Below are positions 1-8,288 of a stretch of 64,000 nucleotides of DNA, in pieces; positions within the stretch are counted from its first letter, which is position 1; the number at the start of each line of letters is the position of its first letter. The stretch comes from Nitrososphaerota archaeon (GTDB lineage Archaea; Thermoproteota; Nitrososphaeria_A; Caldarchaeales; Caldarchaeaceae). A program made the position numbers and the translations under genes. Location: assembly GCA_041641305.1 (NCBI GenBank), contig JBEPYN010000001.1, positions 576,001 to 640,000 of the forward strand. Reading direction: 5' to 3'. The notes beneath the pieces were generated by a model. That model did no database searches. It worked only from the letters and a program-made list of their open reading frames with translations, and was not told where the DNA came from.

Positions 1-686
1 TCAATAACAAGCTTGGTTATCCTACTGACGGTGGAATCCCTAAACGGCTTCTCCGCAACAAGCTCCAGCGAGCCCGTTAAGTTAAGCGTTCCAGAGAGAA
101 CCACATCCCCAGGCTGCTTCTCAACTGGTATTGACTCACCAGTTACTGTTGACTGGTCTATTGTGGAGCTTCCCGCCACGATGCGGCCGTCAACTGGTAT
201 GCGCCAGCCAGGCTTGACAACCACGATGTCGCCGACCTCTATCTCCTCTACGGGTATCTCCTCAACCTTGTCGACGCGCTTGACGAGGGCGCGCTGGGGG
301 AGGAGCGACGCCATCCGCCGCGTGATGTTCCTAACCTTATCAACGGTATAATCCTCCAGCGTCTCGGCGAAGTGGTAGAGTATCAGGACGGCCGCGCCCT
401 CCTCATAGAAGCCTATCGCGGCCGCTCCCACCGCACCGGTGAGCATGAGGACATCGGTGTTGAACGGGTTGCTCCTAAACCTGCGCACAGCGTCATAAGC
501 AACGGGGACGGCGACCAGCAGGAGAGCAACGCCAGCCAGGAAATGCTCAACAGGGCCTCCCAAGCCCTGCCAGAGCATCGCGAGAGCCGCGAGAAGGAAG
601 GCTAAAGCTACTAAAGCCAGAACGAGCCGCTTTGACAGGCGGCTCTCATATTCCTCGCTCTCGCTATGCTCGTGCCCACCAGTCAA
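1..686 (-). CDS. Heavy-metal-translocating P1B-type ATPase (ZntA/CadA-like), 5' part; runs off the window start
   Basis: Manual minus-strand translation from TTG 686 (or 698) gives TM helices, then PVDGRIVAGSSTIDQSTVTGESIPVEKQPGDVVLSGTLN (actuator TGES motif). Absent from the ORF track because it has no stop in the window. Confidence 0.9.
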   Translation of the reverse strand, partial: MTGGHEHSESEEYESRLSKRLVLALVALAFLLAALAMLWQGLGGPVEHFLAGVALLLVAVPVAYDAVRRFRSNPFNTDVLMLTGAVGAAAIGFYEEGAAVLILYHFAETLEDYTVDKVRNITRRMASLLPQRALVKRVDKVEEIPVEEIEVGDIVVVKPGWRIPVDGRIVAGSSTIDQSTVTGESIPVEKQPGDVVLSGTLNLTGSLELVAEKPFRDSTVSRITKLVI

Positions 687-750
687 AACAAACGTCAAGA
701 CAGAACACCAGCTCCGCTATCATATAAGTATTTTCGTCAATTGATAATTG

Positions 751-1474
751 GATAGTGTCCGGATAAGGGACTATATTTAAAGGCCGGTCTTCGATGATAA
801 TCTGCGTGGATGCCGTCGCCCTGATCTCGAGCTGTTTCGTGCGCAACAAAAAAGCCGTGAGGTGAAGGTCCTCGCTGTCTTGGAGTACATGTTCCGCGGT
901 AGCTGTAGGAGGGTCTCTAAAGTTCTGAGAAGTCTACTGTACACGATCTTGCTAGGAAGGTATCCTCAACGGTAGCAGTAGCCTCAGAGCCGAAGCGTAG
1001 GAGGTGCATAGCTGTTGATGAGACTAAGCTCAGGGTTAAGGGCGCTGTCGTCTACGTCTGGTCAGCTGTAGACGTCGATTCCGGCGAATTGCTGGCTCTA
1101 GAGGCTTCATACGGGAGGAGCTGCCTCAACGCGTTAACCTTCCTGAAAAAGGCCCTCAATATGTGCTTGAACAAACCTAAGGTTATAGTCGATAGGGGTC
1201 CATGGTATATCGTTGAGCATATGCTCAACAAAGTATCCGTGGGCGTTACAGAGGCTAGGGCTGGAATACGAGCACCAGAGGTTCGGAATGAGGAACAGGG
1301 TAGAGAGGTTCTTCAGATACCTAAAAGAGAGGACAGGATTATATCATAACAAATTGAGCGCGAAGAACTACGAACAAGGAATAAAGAACCTAAACTTGCT
1401 CCTAAATCTCTTCACGCTATACTACCAAACCGTTAGGAACGGGGGTGGGTAGAGGTGCTTATCCGGACACTATC
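751..1474 (+). mobile_element. IS6-family insertion sequence, 724 bp, inactivated
   Basis: Perfect 17-bp terminal inverted repeats: GATAGTGTCCGGATAAG (751-767) and CTTATCCGGACACTATC (1458-1474). Encloses DDE transposase fragments. No target-site duplication visible. Confidence 0.93.
806..1452 (+). pseudogene. IS6-family DDE transposase pseudogene
   Basis: Fragments IAVDETKLRVKG..YVWSAVD, IVDRGPWY and RNRVERFFRYLKERT lie in different frames. Lesions: frameshift in the A-run at ~850, frameshift/deletion at ~928, and a 28-bp insertion at 1209-1236. Confidence 0.9.
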
Positions 1475-1559
1475 GCTTAAATGATTTAGAGACGGGTTTT
1501 ACACTTTCTTGGGGAAGGTCTTCGGCATTGTTTGTTCTTCTCTCTTAGGGTTTCATAAT

Positions 1560-1925
1560 TACTCACCTTTACAAGGTGACGACTACGTAACATGACGCTA
1601 CCCCGGAATCATCACTGGCATACCGAGATGAAAAAAGGAAAGAAGGAGGGGTTGTATACACCACCTTCATCTCCTACGCCTTCGCCCAAGACTTTCCCCG
1701 CGGAACGCCCGACTGTCTTCCGCCCGCATGTCATCACCCTCTGGAGTATGGGGTTGACGCCGCAGGCGCCGGCTGGTTTCTGTCACCCTTCATAGGGAAA
1801 GGTTCATTAGGAGCCCTCACCCAATATACCCTCGGCAGGGGCTGCCGGAGGGGTCTTGGGAAGGACTTCCTCCCCTTCCCCTCCAAGTGGCAGACCCTGA
1901 CACTGGGGGCCTTGGGTGAAGGCTT
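1560..1925 (-). ncRNA. Putative structured RNA overlapping and following the 3' end of the TnpB-like ORF (omegaRNA/sotRNA-like)
   Basis: Stems 1813-1824/1912-1923, 1847-1853/1878-1884, 1858-1865/1868-1875, 1574-1583/1730-1739, 1625-1632/1666-1673, and hairpin 1563-1579. Imperfect pairs are G-U only on the minus strand. Confidence 0.55.
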
Positions 1926-2580
1926 TCTCGACGGCTGTTGTAAGGTTGTCTAATGCCTGTTTGTATTCTCTGAGCTCTTTTCCGAGGTGGGTGTCGAGCA
2001 GGTGGAAACCGTGAAGTAGTAGCGCTGTTCTCGCCAGATTTTTCACCGCCACATGGTCTCTGTCATCTCGGTGTCCGCATTCTTCGCACTTCAGTCTATC
2101 CCATCTGCCTTTCTCATGCTTCATCAGTTTGTTGCATTTTGGACATAGACTGCTGGTGTAGTGGGGAGGCACTGTTACTAGCTTCCCCATCTTTTCGCAT
2201 GCTGTTGACAGTCGTCGTATAAGCTTGGCTATGGGCCAGCTGCTGATGATATGTGACTTTTCAGGGTCTTTTGCTTTTAGCCGCTGCTTTAGCTGACCGG
2301 CGTTTAGCCGCTCCAGAACCACTGCCTGTGTATTCGATGCAAGCCTCTTCACTAAACCGGCTGATTTGTTCACCCAGTCGTTGTCCAGGTTTCTAGCATA
2401 TCTCAGCCACGCATATGCTGGTCTTCCATGGATCCTTAGAGACCGCCTGTTAACCCTTCTGACAAACAATAGCTTGCCGACGTTGCGTGAGACACGTTTA
2501 TAACCCCTGAAGCGGATCAGCAGCCCAACCTCAACCTCGGCAACTATGATGTCTCTGACGTTTACGTCCACCACGACCAT
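1807..2580 (-). CDS. tnpB: TnpB/Cas12f-family RuvC plus Zn-ribbon nuclease lacking the N-terminal WED/REC half (257 aa from ATG 2580; ORF track extends to 2694)
   Basis: RuvC-I VVVDVN, RuvC-II VVLERL, YTSSLCPKC...CEECG Zn finger, RuvC-III DRDHVAVKNL. The extra 38 codons in the track are a Gly-rich read-through of an RNA hairpin. Confidence 0.8.
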   Translation of the reverse strand: MVVVDVNVRDIIVAEVEVGLLIRFRGYKRVSRNVGKLLFVRRVNRRSLRIHGRPAYAWLRYARNLDNDWVNKSAGLVKRLASNTQAVVLERLNAGQLKQRLKAKDPEKSHIISSWPIAKLIRRLSTACEKMGKLVTVPPHYTSSLCPKCNKLMKHEKGRWDRLKCEECGHRDDRDHVAVKNLARTALLLHGFHLLDTHLGKELREYKQALDNLTTAVEKAFTQGPQCQGLPLGGEGEEVLPKTPPAAPAEGILGEGS

Positions 2581-2934
2581 TTTTATGGATCCCCGCAGCG
2601 CATAGCTCCGAAGCAGATCTGGAAAATATCCTCCCGCCCCGGCCCCCAACCCCGAAGAGCCGGAGCCGCCAAAGCGTTCTCCAGATCCTCCCATAGCTCT
2701 CCCCGCTCATCCCTAGACCCGGAGGCTGAGACCCCAGGCCTTTGGGATGAGACCTGGGGGCTTGGGTCTAGGGATCATCAAGCACGCTAACTGCCGCCGA
2801 ATGTGTAACATCTGCGTAGGGTCGACAACCCTACTTTCTGCGGGCAGCCGACTACCGCCCTTTTAACGGCCAGGCGACTACCGGCCCTATAGCCCAGCTA
2901 GGCGGGGCTTTCCACTCCTTCTCCTTACCTAGCC
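2581..2934 (-). ncRNA. Putative ~350-nt structured RNA upstream of the TnpB-like ORF
   Basis: Stems 2896-2902/2928-2934, 2816-2822/2828-2834, 2710-2720/2764-2774 (perfect 11 bp, flanked by UGAUGA and AUGA), 2732-2738/2753-2759, and 2615-2626/2677-2688 enclosing a C-UUCG-G tetraloop (2653-2656). Confidence 0.65.
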
Positions 2935-2955
2935 GTTTTCAACTACATTGTCCCG

Positions 2956-2964
2956 ATATAATAA
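2956..2964 (-). promoter_or_regulatory. Archaeal TATA box for the structured RNA/tnpB transcript
   Basis: TTATTATAT on the minus strand, ~22 nt upstream of the first stem, which begins at 2934. Confidence 0.5.
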
Positions 2965-3027
2965 CTTAACTTCCCACTTTCAGATACCTCTTAACTTATT
3001 TGAGGCTACCCTACTATTCACTGTAGT

Positions 3028-4302
3028 ATGCTCCTTAGACGGGTGTCCTTAGATAAGAAGAGACTCCAGGTCAGCATCTCAGGCAAAGTTTTCAATGTGT
3101 GGGGTAGGGAGGACGAGGGTTATGTCCTGAAAGGTGGTCTAAACCTGCTTGAGCACGTGCGGGGTATTAGGCTGTCTGACCTTCCTGAGCATTTGGTGGT
3201 AGAGATTGGTCCTAGGTTATCGGAGAAGTTTGGACTACAAAGAAGATTGAATTTCTCGGCAAGTCGGAAGGCTTTCAAAGTATCCTATCTGCTAACTGCT
3301 TCACGGGAAACTCTGATAGATGTTGAAGAGTATGCGTCAGAGATTGCTCGCAAGGCTGAGGAACATGGATTCAGCTGTCAAACCAGCAAGACGGAAGAAG
3401 AGACCCACATTGAGGCTAGTTACCGGCTGGGCGGAGGAGAGGAGATAGGGTATATTGTGGAGCTTTTCGAGGATGCATTAGCGTCTGCAGAGAGGTCGAT
3501 TGAGCAGAAAGAAAAGAGTATGCGTCAAAAGCTGGAGTACTGGATAGGAAATGTGGAACGGCTTGATGGCCGCATTCTCTCAAAACTGAACGGCTTAGAA
3601 GGCGTGGCTAAATGGATTATCCATCCGCTCACCAGTAAAGAGATAGCGTTCATACTCTTCGGCATCAAGCCTGAGTCGTTTAATCTGGGAGCCAAGCTGT
3701 CTTATGCATTGCTTCAAAGATTCGGGGTCTGGGATGGAGAGACAATAGATAGGCTTAAGGCCTTAGGCATAATCGCATACATGGAAGATAATTCAAGGCT
3801 CTTCTGCACGTTCACAGGATGGCGGGTCAAAAAGCTCCTCGAACAAATGATCTTCTTGGAACCTAAAAGCTTCACCTCATCCACAGCCAGCGGCTACGAC
3901 CCAATCTCCCTCCTCCACTATATCGGGAGGAACTTCCCATCACTGGCAATATCCAAAAGCAGGAGATTCAGAGGAAACAAAGGCGGAGCATTCAGATACG
4001 CCGAAAAAATGCTGAAACAGCTAACCTTCACACATATAGCAGCCCTAGCCGGAATCTATTGGCGGCTTCCCATACCCAAGCAGGTATTAGACGAAACCCT
4101 CAGCCAGCTGGTCAGCCTAGGCTTCATAAGCCACAACAGAAAAATCAAACCCTTCGCCAAATGGATAATAAGCCTGCTAAACGGCTACATCAGAAAAACC
4201 AAACTAGCCACAAACCCAAACCAAAAACAAACCCAGACAACACTGTTCAACTGGAACTGCCTACAAGAAACATTCATAAAACGAATATCTGAAAAACGGT
4301 AA
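3028..4302 (+). CDS. Hypothetical 424-aa protein; two winged-helix-like segments and a C-terminal PIP-box-like motif
   Basis: Long intact ORF with TIDRLKALGII..LFCTFTG and TLSQLVSLGFI wHTH-like patterns, and QTTLFNW at 4234-4254. Confidence 0.7.
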   Translation: MLLRRVSLDKKRLQVSISGKVFNVWGREDEGYVLKGGLNLLEHVRGIRLSDLPEHLVVEIGPRLSEKFGLQRRLNFSASRKAFKVSYLLTASRETLIDVEEYASEIARKAEEHGFSCQTSKTEEETHIEASYRLGGGEEIGYIVELFEDALASAERSIEQKEKSMRQKLEYWIGNVERLDGRILSKLNGLEGVAKWIIHPLTSKEIAFILFGIKPESFNLGAKLSYALLQRFGVWDGETIDRLKALGIIAYMEDNSRLFCTFTGWRVKKLLEQMIFLEPKSFTSSTASGYDPISLLHYIGRNFPSLAISKSRRFRGNKGGAFRYAEKMLKQLTFTHIAALAGIYWRLPIPKQVLDETLSQLVSLGFISHNRKIKPFAKWIISLLNGYIRKTKLATNPNQKQTQTTLFNWNCLQETFIKRISEKR

Positions 4303-4337
4303 AAACCGGGTCAGGTCCGTGAAATTTCTGGAGGCTG

Positions 4338-4461
4338 TCCCGCGGGGCGGATTTGAACCGCCGACCACCCGGTTTCCATGTTGCCTGGCGGGCTGATCTT
4401 CGGCTCAGCCACTTGGCTGACCGCTACAGCCGGGCGCTCTACCAGGCTGAGCTACCGCGGG
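4338..4461 (-). tRNA. tRNA-Tyr(GTA) with a 50-nt intron at position 37/38 (4374-4423)
   Basis: CCCGCGG acceptor stem with C1-G72, D arm AGCTCAGCCTGGTAGAGC, CT-GTA-G anticodon loop, T arm GGCGG-TTCAAAT-CCGCC, and a BHB-like CUGU/AUGG helix. Confidence 0.96.
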
Positions 4462-5030
4462 ACTTTGTTCGAGATGTTGATTTGCTCGGTGTTTTTTAGT
4501 TTTTCGAGGGCTTGGAACCGTTTTGAGAGCATGTACGCGTTTATGGCTAGTAGGGTGATCGCCGCCGCTGTGAGGAATGGGCTGAGGGCTGATACGGCCG
4601 CTACTCCGAAGAAGACGACAGAAACTGGCCATCCGCAGCAGAGGTAGCCGAAGCTTATCACGCTCGCTAGGAGGCCGCCCACCCCGCTCCAAGCCGTCCC
4701 CAGCATACAGGTTCTCAACATGCCGCGGCGATAAAGCGTGAGAAGAAGCCCCGCATTATATCCGACAAGCGCAGAGACCACCAGACCGAGAAGCATGGAG
4801 TAAATGCGGAGGTTGAAGACGAACCCGTCGCCCACAACCTGTAGCAGAGGTCCCGTGTAAAGCTGCGTCTCAACAAACGTGTAGACGAACGCCGTGGACG
4901 CTATGCCTATCCGAGGCGTCTGTATAAGCTGGGCCGCGCCTGTGAAGAACAGGTAGAAGAGAAAATAGGCTATAGCTGATGGAGCCGAGTAAGTGATGAG
5001 CTGTCTCTTCACGGTCTTGTCAGCAACCAT
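4452..5030 (-). CDS. Membrane protein with a CCGW motif, coupled to the SCO gene (possible copper/cytochrome oxidase assembly factor)
   Basis: 192 aa with 4-5 hydrophobic helices and YLCCGW; overlaps the SCO gene end. Confidence 0.7.
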   Translation of the reverse strand: MVADKTVKRQLITYSAPSAIAYFLFYLFFTGAAQLIQTPRIGIASTAFVYTFVETQLYTGPLLQVVGDGFVFNLRIYSMLLGLVVSALVGYNAGLLLTLYRRGMLRTCMLGTAWSGVGGLLASVISFGYLCCGWPVSVVFFGVAAVSALSPFLTAAAITLLAINAYMLSKRFQALEKLKNTEQINISNKVPR

Positions 5031-5623
5031 TCAACTCCCTTCTGATATTCGTCAAAAGGCATGTCAGGTGTGAAGGCGAGGCGGAGAATGTGCTGCCTAT
5101 CTGCACCCAAGACGAGAGCATAATGGTCAACGAGATAGTTTCCCTGCTCATCGGGAGGCTGCTTCGTATAGAAGACGTTGTATAGACGGGCAACTTGCTC
5201 AATTTCTTCAGGCGTGCCTGTTAAGGCTATGATTTTTTCAGAGTAGTAGGATACATATTTTTTCATGGCGTCCACGGTGTCCCTCTCCGGGTCAACCGTG
5301 ATAAATATGAGCGCGACATCGTTGGCTCTGTTTCCGAGAGTTTTGACGAGTTGTGCGTACTTGGTCATGACAAGTGGGCACACGTCGGGGCAGTGTGTGT
5401 AGCCAAAATAGATTAGCACGGCTTTACCCTTAACGCTTGACAAGGTGAATGGGTTTCCGTTCTGGTCTGTGAGCGTGAAGTCTGGGAGAACCCTGTCTCC
5501 CGGGATTTCTATCGCTGGTTTATAGGGTTCGAGCACTTGACGTGATAGAACAGCTGCTGAGGCGCCCGCGGCGACTGCGAGAGCCGCGACGCCTATGAAT
5601 AGCAGCAGCTTTGACCTGTCCAC
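5009..5623 (-). CDS. SCO1/SenC copper chaperone
   Basis: N-terminal anchor, FGYTHCPDVCP, ITVDPERDT and YLVDH motifs; probable GTG start at 5623. Confidence 0.95.
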   Translation of the reverse strand: MDRSKLLLFIGVAALAVAAGASAAVLSRQVLEPYKPAIEIPGDRVLPDFTLTDQNGNPFTLSSVKGKAVLIYFGYTHCPDVCPLVMTKYAQLVKTLGNRANDVALIFITVDPERDTVDAMKKYVSYYSEKIIALTGTPEEIEQVARLYNVFYTKQPPDEQGNYLVDHYALVLGADRQHILRLAFTPDMPFDEYQKGVEWLLTRP

Positions 5624-5707
5624 GTCTAATGTGTGGGGTGTCTTTGTTTTAAGTTTATGCCAGTTTCTTGGCAAAGAATAAAAGCGGTTGCACCGAGTTG
5701 TTGTAGG

Positions 5708-8257
5708 TTGTGTCCTGTTCCTCTTAAGGTTGTGAAGAGGGATGGCAGAGTTGTGGATTTTGATGCAGGACGTATCCGCGAAGCCATACGCAAGGCAATG
5801 GCCGCTAAACGTGTCGAGGATGAAAAACTTCTGGAAAAAGTTGTTGCAACGGTGCTGGAGCAGCTTTCAACACGTTTCGGAGCCGAGAAGATTCCACACG
5901 TTGAGGAGATTCAGGACATAGTTGAGAGCTCTTTGATGGAGCATGGGTTGAAGGAGGTGGCGAAAGCCTACATACTCTACAGACATGAGCGAACAAGAAT
6001 TAGGGAGGAGAAGATGAGGATACTTGAGACGAGCTATGTTGACGAAGTGGACAAAGCCTTCTCGGTCAACGCCCTGAGACTGATGGCAACACGCTACCTT
6101 CTACGCGACAAAGCAGGCCGACTCATCGAGAGGCCTAAGCAGATGTTTCAGAGGACAGCGGCCCTCATCGTGCTGGCGGACATCCTATACGACCCCATGT
6201 TCTTCGACAAACATGGCGGACAGAAAAAATGGGAGATAGATGACGTGGAACTCGAGGAATACGCCGGCCGAATCGGCGTCGGCCCATCCACCAACATGTT
6301 GGAGACAACGTGGAACACACACCATATCGAGAGGCTTACCGCGCTGTACAGACGTTTGAACGAGAAGGGGATGATGAGGAAACATCTGCGGGATGTGCTC
6401 GAGCATCTCAGAAGCCATCCATCCCGGTTCTATGAAAGCTACCGCCGCTACTACGACTTGATGGTTGAGAAAAAGTTTCTTCCCAACAGCCCCACACTCT
6501 TCAACGCAGGCACTGTCCTCGGCCAGCTGAGCGCATGCTTTGTTCTCGACGTCGAGGATGATATTTCCTCGATTATGAGGACGGCTGAGGAGGCTGCGTT
6601 GATTTTCAAGACGGGTGGAGGTGTTGGGATAAACTATTCGAAGCTTAGGCCTGAGGGGGATGTTGTTTCGTCGACGGGCGGTGTCGCATCGGGGCCGGTG
6701 TCCTTCATGCGTATAGTTGACACGGTGACGGATGTGGTTAAGCAGGGTGGTCGTAGGAGAGGCGCGAACATAGGTGTCCTAAACATCAACCACCCCGACA
6801 TAGACAAATTCATAGCCGCGAAGCAGCGGCCGGGGTTTCTAGAAAACTTCAACATCTCTGTGATGGTTACAGCGGATTTCTGGAAACACTACCAAGAGAA
6901 CAGGCCTTATCCTCTTGTTAACCCTCGAGACGGCTCGGTCTGGAGACTTGTGGACACACATAAACTCCTGAGACAAATAGCTGAAAACGCTTGGAAGACA
7001 GCCGACCCCGGGCTACTATACCACGACAACATCAACGAGCTCAACCCACTCAGGGAAGCATATGGCGACATCTACTGCGTAAACCCATGCGGCGAGCAGC
7101 CGCTCTACCCCCACGAATCATGCAACCTCGGCTCCATCAACCTACACGCATTCATCAAAGACGGCCGCCTTGACTGGGATGCTTTGGGAAAATGCATAGA
7201 AACCGCTGTAAGGTTTCTTGACAACGTCGTGGACTTGACCAAGCATCCTACAGAAGCCATCGAGAAGATGACTCTGAGGACGAGGAGGATTGGGCTCGGT
7301 ATAATGGGTTTGGCGGATATGCTGTACGCTCTACGCATACCCTACAACAGTGAGGAGGGGTTTGAGATGATGAGGAGGGTTATGGAGTTCATCGCCTACA
7401 AGGCGGTTGAGACATCGGTTGAGCTTGCGGAGGAGCGTGGCCCGTTTCCCGATTTCTCGAGGTCTTTGTGGGCTAAGGGTTTGCTGCCTTTCAGGTGCCT
7501 GAGGGATGGCGGTGACCTGGCGATGGATTGGGGCAGGCTCGTGGAGCGTGTGAAGAAGGGCATCCGCAACAGCCATCTTCTTACGGTTGCACCCACGGGG
7601 AGCATCTCGATGCTCGCAGACACATCCTCGGGCCTCGAGCCACAGTTTGCTCTTGTCTACCGCAAACAAGTGACAGCCGGCGTCTTCTACTACGCCGACC
7701 CCGTGTTTGAAAAAGCTCTCGATGAACGTGGGCTTCCAAAGCAGGATATATTGAGGAAAGTTGCTGAGAACGGTGGTTCTGTGCAGGGCATTCAGGAGAT
7801 ACCCGAGGATATGCGTAGAGTGTTTGTCACGGCGCTTGACATTCCTTGGTGGGACCATCTAAGGGCCCAGCACGAAATACAGAAGTGGGTTGACGCATCG
7901 GTGAGCAAAACAATCAACATGCCCTCATGGGTGACCGTTGAGGATGTGTTGAAGGCATTTGTCGCCGCTCACAGGCTCAAGCTCAAGGGTGTCACCGTCT
8001 ACAGAGACGGGTCAAAAGCTGCCCAAGTTCTTGTCACACCCACGCAGAGGAACAAACGCTATGAACTATCTTTCACCAACAAAACCACAGAAATTCTCCG
8101 CGGCCTCGGCATAGAAGTCGAGGAAAAACCAGTCGAAACACCTCCTCCCCCCATAATACACACCACATGCCCTCTTTGTGGAAGCACATCAATAGTCTTC
8201 CAAGAAGGATGCGAAAAATGTCTCGAATGCGGATGGATAAGCTGTGTAATTGCATAA
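5708..8257 (+). CDS. nrdJ: Class II (adenosylcobalamin-dependent) ribonucleotide reductase with ATP cone and C-terminal Zn ribbon
   Basis: VVKRDG ATP cone, PNSPTLFNAG, LSACF, NPCGEQ, APTGSIS, and a C-terminal CxxC..CxxC. Start approximate. Confidence 0.95.
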   Translation: MCPVPLKVVKRDGRVVDFDAGRIREAIRKAMAAKRVEDEKLLEKVVATVLEQLSTRFGAEKIPHVEEIQDIVESSLMEHGLKEVAKAYILYRHERTRIREEKMRILETSYVDEVDKAFSVNALRLMATRYLLRDKAGRLIERPKQMFQRTAALIVLADILYDPMFFDKHGGQKKWEIDDVELEEYAGRIGVGPSTNMLETTWNTHHIERLTALYRRLNEKGMMRKHLRDVLEHLRSHPSRFYESYRRYYDLMVEKKFLPNSPTLFNAGTVLGQLSACFVLDVEDDISSIMRTAEEAALIFKTGGGVGINYSKLRPEGDVVSSTGGVASGPVSFMRIVDTVTDVVKQGGRRRGANIGVLNINHPDIDKFIAAKQRPGFLENFNISVMVTADFWKHYQENRPYPLVNPRDGSVWRLVDTHKLLRQIAENAWKTADPGLLYHDNINELNPLREAYGDIYCVNPCGEQPLYPHESCNLGSINLHAFIKDGRLDWDALGKCIETAVRFLDNVVDLTKHPTEAIEKMTLRTRRIGLGIMGLADMLYALRIPYNSEEGFEMMRRVMEFIAYKAVETSVELAEERGPFPDFSRSLWAKGLLPFRCLRDGGDLAMDWGRLVERVKKGIRNSHLLTVAPTGSISMLADTSSGLEPQFALVYRKQVTAGVFYYADPVFEKALDERGLPKQDILRKVAENGGSVQGIQEIPEDMRRVFVTALDIPWWDHLRAQHEIQKWVDASVSKTINMPSWVTVEDVLKAFVAAHRLKLKGVTVYRDGSKAAQVLVTPTQRNKRYELSFTNKTTEILRGLGIEVEEKPVETPPPPIIHTTCPLCGSTSIVFQEGCEKCLECGWISCVIA

Positions 8258-8288
8258 ACCATAAAAATCAACGTTTCGGGAAAAATGC

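Noticed and set aside
1500-1900. RNase P RNA-like words (GAGGAAGTCC, ACAGAAAC) on the minus strand
   Set aside because: No matching 3' P4/CR-V strand was found, and the first word lies inside a local hairpin.
2581-2694. Gly-rich N-terminal extension of TnpB in the ORF track
   Set aside because: It coincides with the UUCG-capped hairpin; ATG 2580 at RuvC-I is the more plausible start.
1500-2940. Group I (IStron) or group II intron interpretation
   Set aside because: I could not identify a P7 GACUA/UAGUC pair on one strand or a domain V. Not supported by eye, though a covariance search should still be run.
5708-8257. Possible intein in nrdJ (extra segment after the ATP cone)
   Set aside because: No C/S...HN splice motifs or LAGLIDADG blocks, and the length is normal for archaeal NrdJ.
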